NCBI GenBank assembly: GCA_964016885.1
Contig: OZ024741.1
Span: 114,142,001 to 114,206,000 of the forward strand
From: Eledone cirrhosa
Lineage: Eukaryota
Direction of reading: 5' to 3'
Length of the DNA stretch: 64,000 nucleotides
The notes under the pieces are model-generated. The model ran no database searches. It saw only the letters and a program-made list of their open reading frames with translations, and was not told the origin of the DNA. Shown here piece after piece: positions 57,201-64,000 of the stretch. The translations under genes and the position numbers were made by a program. The first letter of the stretch is position 1; each line of letters opens with the position of its first letter.

Positions 57201-57780
57201 CCTCCATGAATTCCGTCATAGCCGTCACAATGTTGTCCAACGTGACCATTTAGGTCACAGCAATAATTATATAGTCACTGTCGGTTATTTGGGAGGTAGT
57301 GAGCATCAGTGTCTCATAGAATCTGTCTTTTATAGTGCCGGGCAGTCCGGATTAGGGTGTGTACGCAGATATTACTGTCACAGTAGTTCTATTGAGGACA
57401 AGTCTTATTTTAATTATTCTGTCGTTCACTCTATTTACGTCTATTATCTTATCTACCCACTTTTCTGCTACCATAATTCCTACCCCACCCAGCCCATTGT
57501 CATTTCCCACCCAGAAAAGCTGAAAGCATCGTTCTTTACCCACGATGAATCTAGCAGACCCACCCCTCCTCCTGGTCTCTTGAATACAACAAACATCGAC
57601 CTCCTTACGTTCAAGCATTTCTACAACCTCGTTAGAGCGACCCTTTAAGGTGCCTACATTCATGGTACCAACTCTGAAGTTTTGGATTGCGTTTGGAGGT
57701 GGGAGCAGTGGGGCGCAGGGGGGATGGGGGAGATGGGGTTATGTTAGCCATCCTCGGCCGAAACAAAGAGGAGGAGTCCT

Positions 57781-57783
<3 letters not shown>
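54238..57783 (-). mobile_element. Full-length (~3.5 kb) young RTE LINE with a few frameshifts
   Basis: APE ORF 57352-57663 (MNVGTL, CIQETR, SAYTP), 680-aa RT ORF 54647-56689, 3' UTR and (TGA)n tail. Confidence 0.96.
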
Positions 57784-57817
<34 letters not shown>

Positions 57818-58237
57818 TATTTTTTGTTTATAAATGCTAGTTGAGAGCTCTTTGAGGCTGTGAAAATCTTGTTGTTCACACCTTGAATTTAGCTGCTTAA
57901 AGTTCAGCCAAATGATTTCCCTCTTTTGAGAGAAATCATGTGATGATACAGGTGAATTTACTACTATGGTAGAATGCTTCCCTGTCTTGTTACCTTACAA
58001 AGACTCTCTTCCAAAATGCCTTGAGCCAGTCCTTTTATAACAATTATATTTAACCTTTTTGTTACTATATTTCTAAACTTCAAGTAAATGTTATCTGGTG
58101 AATGGAATAAATATTGGACTTATTAGTTTTTATGATTGAGATATGATACTTTAGATATTAGTCGACTATATTTCTAATGAAAGACACTTTTTATGAAATT
58201 AGAATTTGGTTTTTCGTTTTAACATAGCAGATACATA

Positions 58238-58730
58238 AATGCATTCATGAGGTTTATATTGAATAATAATATTCGATCTATTTGCAAGCAAACAGCCTCA
58301 TTACATCATGTGCTTTAGATAACCATCGCCATCCTTTTGTTCTAGCAGTGATAGAGAGAAAAAAAATTGACAGTATTGTATCTGGGTTATTGCCCTTTGC
58401 GAAGATTGTGTATCACTCTTCTGTCACTCACTAGAACTCTTGATAATATATAGTATTCTCTAAAGTATACATTGGCTGATTAGCCTAATTTGCATAATGA
58501 GCAATTTTACGGCTGGCTTTGCCAAAAGTTAAAAACAAAATTAGAATTAGAATACACAATTTTAACAAAGGTCAATAACCTAGAAACAATATTGTCAACT
58601 GTTTCTCTTTGTCACCGCTAGAAGAAAAAGATGGCGATGGTCATCTAAAAAACATAGCGTAACGAGGTTGTTTGCTTTCAAACAAATCGAATATAATTAT
58701 TATTCAATATAAAACTCTTGAATGCACATT
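58238..58730. mobile_element. MITE/foldback element with ~140-bp diverged inverted repeats
   Basis: TTATATTGAATAATAAT…CCATCGCCATC…TTGACA is mirrored by TGTCAA…GATGGCGATGG…ATTATTATTCAATATAA. Confidence 0.7.
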
Positions 58731-59239
58731 TTTTTATGATTTTCAAATAATTTTGAAAATAATCAAGAATTTGGAGGGATTCAGTAATATAACAAAGTTT
58801 CTCATTATTAAGCTGGTGTTTGGAACATAACTGAAAGTATTTATCTGCTGTTTAGAACAATGTAAGAAATCATCATTGTTTAATGCCCATTTTTCATGCT
58901 TGCATGGATTAAATGGGTTTTCATTCTTTGAAGCTAGACAAGTCAGCTGACTATGTCTTGGTCATACATTCCATTTTGGTTTAGTTTCTATTGCTGGATG
59001 CCTTTCCTAACACCAACCACTTTACAGTATGTACTGGAAGCATTTTATTGTGACTCCAGCACTACCAACTTATATAAGATTGTTGCTGGAAGTTTGTTTT
59101 TTAGATAGATATACATTCTTTAGAACAAATAGCTTTGTATTGTAAAACCAGGCACAGTTTAAGACAGTGTAGTATTATAAGAGTTAACTCTATTACCCCA
59201 TATATATTTTTAAAATATTCTGTTTTTATTTTCTGCCAG

Positions 59240-59366
59240 ACTTTACAGCAAGCAGAAGAAACAAGCAGAAGCTGTGGATAGATATAAACAAGCCACTGAA
59301 CTCATTGAAAATGTTTATGGCAAAGAAAGTCTACAGTTAATAGCAGTCTTCTCAGATTGGGGCAAA
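59240..59366 (+). CDS. TTC23: TTC23-like coding exon 6 (LYSKQKKQAEAVDRYKQATELIENVYGKESLQLIAVFSDWGK)
   Basis: Acceptor ttttctgcCAG; TPR-like helix pair similar to TTC23 VYQGQKKSKEALSHYQAALE. Ends at ATATCCTTTT. Confidence 0.88.
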
Positions 59367-59376
59367 ATATCCTTTT
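59367..59376 (+). promoter_or_regulatory. Second U12-type (AT) 5' splice site; the 3' end of this intron lies outside the window
   Basis: ATATCCTTTT immediately after the exon in phase 0. No TCCTTAAC + AC seen before 64000. Confidence 0.85.
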
Positions 59377-60968
59377 CATAATTCTATACATTGTAAGAAT
59401 ATGCAATTATGTGTGTGTGTGAGCATGTATGTGTGTATGTGTATGAGTGATATTCAGCACATACTTCATATTGACATGTCTTATAAAAACAAAAATCAAA
59501 AACGTCTATAGTAACAGTTCCCCATAAATAATATGGCCTGCAGAGTAGTTATTTTGTAGTGCAAGCTGTTCAGGGCAAAGTGAGAATATTAAATTATAGC
59601 AAGATGAAAGAGAAGCTAGAATATAATAATAAATGAGATAATTCTTGTTAAAAAAAATGATATATGTTTTGTGTTTTATTGCTTGTTTATGTGAAGGTAG
59701 AGGTATAGAAAGATGAGTGTGGAAGAAAAATAACCATAAAAATTTTTGTGGAGCTACAGTCGGCCTAAGAATAGTGGAGGCATCTTTTACTAGGAAGTGG
59801 GTGCCTATCCTAAACCGTTGGAGTGACCTGGACACAAGGAAACATTTATACACATACTCCAATGGATTTGCCAAGCCAGGAATGATATAGAATAATATAG
59901 TCTGATGAAGGATTTTAATCCGAAAGCACTCACTATCAAGTGAAAAATACTAACCCAGCAACAAGACTCATAAACTGTAGCTACATGACTGTTCACAGTA
60001 ACTATACTAACACTAATCCTAATCCTATTTCTAACTCTAACTCTAGTTTTAATTCTTACATAAACTCTTATACAGCTTTCTACACCTCTACCCTCACATA
60101 AACAAATAATTGTTTCTACTTTAGGCACAAGGCCAGCAATTACCCAGTGCATTACTGGTACTTTATTTTATCGACCCCGTAAGGATGAAAGGCAAAGTCA
60201 ACCTCGGCGGGATTTGAACTCAGATCGTAAAGGGACGTAACTATGCTGGAAAGCATGGCGTCCGACCCTCCACCGATACTGCCAATCCAAAACTCAAAAT
60301 GTATACAATTTTTTAATAAGTTTTATCTCGTTTATTGTATTTTATTATATTCTAGCGTCTCCGTCTCAGCTCCCTATAGCTTACTCTTCTTATCTCACCT
60401 TCAACCCATACACTACAAATAACTCATAACCCACTATGTTGCTTGAGATACATCAATGCATTATATATACTTGTATATATATATATATGCACACACACAC
60501 ACACATATATATATATATAATTGGATACTTAGTAAAATCGAATCTCTGGCGGTTTGCAAGCAAATTCGGCCTACTATATGAAATGATGAGTTAGCAAAGC
60601 ACTCGATAAGGTAGGTCCTTAGATATATATTTATATATAGGTTAGAGAACTACTTCTTGCTCTTATGTTCATATGATCCATATTTTATCATGGTTTCAGC
60701 ACCTGGATGTCCTTCCTAATACTAAGCACGCTACAAATTATACTGTGCATTTTATTTTAGCATCATCACTAGTGAGGTTGTCATATGCTTGGCGAGACTG
60801 AAGAGTTTTTTTCTACCCTACATTCTCTTCATATGATCATCAGCCACTTTACATGATGTACTGGGTGCATTTTATCATGGCACCTGCAATATTGGAAAAA
60901 AACGAAAAAAAACAAAACAATCATTGCTATTATCATCATCATCATCATTATATTTGTCATCATTCACT

Positions 60969-61277
60969 CAGGGCCAGATTTAATGGAGTGGGTGGGGGTG
61001 GCAAGGTGGCAACTGTCCCGGGGATCCTGCAGTGTGGGGCCCCACCAGCGACGGCCGTAGCAATTTATTTCTGCCTTCAGCTGGGCTTTTTAGTTATAAG
61101 ATGGTTAGAATTTTTGAATTTACTGCCTGTCTGTATAACTTTTCAATTCTAATTACTTGCGCCAAGCTAACTTTGATATGTAAAATTGGGGGGTTGGTAT
61201 ATTTTCTAATTTTGTGTATGAGGGGGCACCTAAAACCTGAAGTGCCTCGGGGCTCCCAAGGTTTTAATCCAACCCTG
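60969..61277. mobile_element. hAT-type MITE
   Basis: CAGGGCCAGATT…AATCCAACCCTG termini. Perfect 8-bp target duplication CATTCACT at 60961 and 61278. Confidence 0.88.
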
Positions 61278-61848
61278 CATTCACTAGTTTGAGGTTTCGA
61301 ACTTCGGTTGGTTATTATCCAACTTATATTTTTTTTGTCTGAAACACACTCACACAAAAAACAAATATAAAACAAGCAAACAAACAAGCCCCCCCCCCCC
61401 CCAAAAAAAAATGAATCAATCCACTACTCTAAAATTTTTCATTGATTTCTTCAATTAATTGGCTAAACAATTAATTTTTCTTTATTCCTCTATTTAATGA
61501 TTCTTTCAATTATTCTTCAATTTTTTTCAGCCATTTATTTATTTATTATTTAATTTTGTTTTCAATCTTATTTTCAATTTTATTTTCAATTTTATTTCCA
61601 CTGCACAAGCATAAACTTCAAAGGAATTCATGCTAAAGATGATAGAAAAATATTCCTTTGACAACATTTTAACTATGTCTGTGTGGAACAACAGCTATTG
61701 GTTATAGCATTGGTCTATACAGAGATAGATAGATAAATAGATAGATAGAAGGAGAGAGTGAACAAATGAGACTGATGTCGATACATGTACAGACACTTGC
61801 TGTTGCTGCTGCTGTTGTTATTGTTGTTGGTTTTCTTCTTCTTCTTCT

Positions 61849-61924
<76 letters not shown>

Positions 61925-61927
<3 letters not shown>

Positions 61928-62008
61928 ACCTTGTCCGACGAACGAATGAGGACGGTTTTTTTTTTTTCGTATTCGTCTTATTCGGGAAACCTCTGGTAAT
62001 GAGGTAAT
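61925..62008 (+). ncRNA. Type I hammerhead-like motif with CCGACGA core
   Basis: ATTACCTTGT-CCGACGA-A CGAATGAGGACG…CGTCTTATTCG G-GAAAC-CTCTG-GTA-ATGAGGTAAT. 10-bp helix I (two G.U pairs), ~11-bp helix II. Confidence 0.65.
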
Positions 62009-62030
62009 TATATTGTATTGTTTATTATAC

Positions 62031-62066
<36 letters not shown>

Positions 62067-62340
62067 TAAACGGAAAAAATGAAACGAAATTTCATTTCTC
62101 ACTCTTAGTACGGCTGTTACTTAAATATAAGTATGTATACGTACATACATATATGTATACAGATGTACAGTAGTATATATATATATATATACATACATGC
62201 ACACATATATATATGTACGTATGGATTTACTGAGCATTTATTTATTATAATGCTCGGTTTGTTTGTAAACAAACATCCCGAATTAAGCCGTACAGTGTTT
62301 AGCAACCATTTTTGCCCTTTTGTTCAACACTGACAAAGGA

Positions 62341-62383
62341 AGGATGTACTAGTTTCAAGCTTATTAGCTATCGTCAGCACCGT
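62341..62383 (-). ncRNA. Minimal type I hammerhead (inverted unit)
   Basis: Reverse complement: ACGGTG-CTGACGA-TAGCTAATAAGCTT-GAAACTAGTA-CATCCT. Confidence 0.8.
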
Positions 62384-62852
62384 ATACCTTCCTGCCAGAT
62401 GATTGAAAGTCTGAAAGTATATACTTTCCTTATGCCTATTAACAGCTGAGCAGCCTAATTTGCATATCGAGTGAGTTAATCGGCCGGGCGCACCGAAAAC
62501 TTAATTTGGGATGTTTGTTTACAAACAAACCGAGCATTATAATAAATGCTCGGTAAATCCATACGTACATATATATATGTGTGCATGTATGTATATATAT
62601 ACATACTACTATACGTCTGTATACATATATGTATATACGTATACATGATGATGATGATGATGATGATACTTATATTTAAGTAACAGCCGTACTAAGAGTG
62701 AGAAATGAAATTTTGTTTCATTTTTTCCGTTTATCGTTTTCGGTGCGCCTGGCCGATTAACTCACTTGATATGCAAATTAGGCTGCTCAGCTTTTAATAT
62801 GCATAAGGAAAGTATATACTTTCAGACGTTCAATCATCTGGCAGGAAGGTAT

Positions 62853-62895
62853 ACGGTGCTGACGATAGCTAATAAGCTTGAAACTAGTACATCGT
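62853..62895 (+). ncRNA. Minimal type I hammerhead
   Basis: ACGGTG-CTGACGA-TAGCT AATA AGCTT-GAAA-CTAG-TA-CATCGT. Palindromic helix III ACTAGT; predicted cleavage after GUA at 62889. Confidence 0.85.
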
Positions 62896-63282
62896 TCCTT
62901 TGTCAGTGTTGAACAAAAGGGCAACGATGGTTGCTAAACACTGTACGGCTTAATTCAGGATGTTTGTTTACAAACAAACCGAGCATTATAATAAATGCTC
63001 CATAAATCCATACGTACATATATATATATGTGTGCATGTATGTATATATATACATACTACTGTACGTCTGTATACATATATGTATGTATGTATACATACT
63101 TATATTTAAGTAACAGCCGTACTAAGAGTGAGAAATGAAATTTTGTTTCATTTTTTCCGTTTATCGTCTTCGGTGTGCCCGGCCGATTAATTTACTCGAT
63201 ATGCAAATTAGGCTGCTCAGCCGTTAATATGCATAAGGAAAGTATATACTTTCAGACATTCAATCATCTGGCAGGAAGGTAT

Positions 63283-63325
63283 ACGGTGCTGACGATAGCT
63301 AATAAGTTTGAAACTAGTACATCGT
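63283..63325 (+). ncRNA. Minimal type I hammerhead (next tandem unit)
   Basis: Same motif 430 nt downstream. A C>T change in helix II retains a G.U pair. Confidence 0.85.
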
Positions 63326-64000
63326 TCCTTTGTCAGTGTTGAACAAAAGGGCAACGATGGTTGCTAAACACTGTACGGCTTAATTTGGGATGTTTGTTTA
63401 CAAACAAACCGAGCATTATAATAAATGCTCGGTAAATCCATACGTACATATATATATGTGTTTGCATGTATATATATATATACATACTACTGTACGTCTG
63501 TATACATATATGTATGTACGTATACATGTATCCCAGTACAACCTGTCTCATGGTCGGGTCATTGGCGACTAAACTGGCAACCCCACCAAGGTTTCTTGGT
63601 GAGGAGGGTGACTTTGGACATCCTGCAGGACTAAAAACAAAACCTGTCAAAGGGTAAAGGAGCTCTTAAGCGTCAATGGCCATCCAAAATCACCGGGAGA
63701 GATGACCCCTTAGCCTTTGTTAAGGCAGAATTCTAGGAGAAGGAAAACTCTGATATAACACCTGCAACCCTGATGGTATCGAATGATGTTGACTTGTTCT
63801 TCTTTTTGGTAAATATCATCTTGATTAAGAGAGTGGGAGTGGCTTTGTGCAGTGCCTTTGCTCACTATAAAAGCTTCACGGCACAGGCATTGCTTTATAT
63901 CTGGAGATTTCTCTGCACTTGTCGTCACATGATAGCATGGGCCTACATGGATATAAAGTAGTGGCCGTACTCGAAAACGAGTTGGCAGCCACCATGTACG

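Larger units (their letters stand above)
62066..63527. repeat. 430-bp hammerhead-containing repeat: one inverted unit (62066-62500) followed by ~2.4 direct units (retrozyme/pseudo-LTR-like)
   Basis: ACTAAGAGTG at 62691 and 63121 (period 430). The first block is the reverse complement of the unit. Confidence 0.92.

Overview
AT-rich, repeat-dense animal genomic DNA. The RTE LINEs with (ATG)n tails, tRNA-derived SINEs and (TA)n tracts suggest an octopod cephalopod (inference). Bases 1-13.35 kb are a 30-bp satellite whose many ORFs are artefacts. From 14.0 kb a + strand multi-exon gene encodes a TTC23-like TPR protein. Six coding exons can be joined in frame and the gene runs off the right edge. 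Two of its introns have U12-type (minor spliceosome) ATATCCTT donors. One is a complete ~20.8-kb AT-AC intron. The introns contain RTE LINEs carrying a PHD finger inside the RT, two DD37D (maT) transposons, a Penelope-like element (RT + GIY-YIG), MITEs, a small Helitron and a solo LTR. The least obvious signal is a set of seven minimal type I hammerhead ribozyme motifs from five unrelated sequence families. These include a 430-bp tandem/inverted retrozyme-like array, a U3-A8 core variant and a recurring U.U pair at the base of helix II. All folds were done by eye and cleavage activity is untested.
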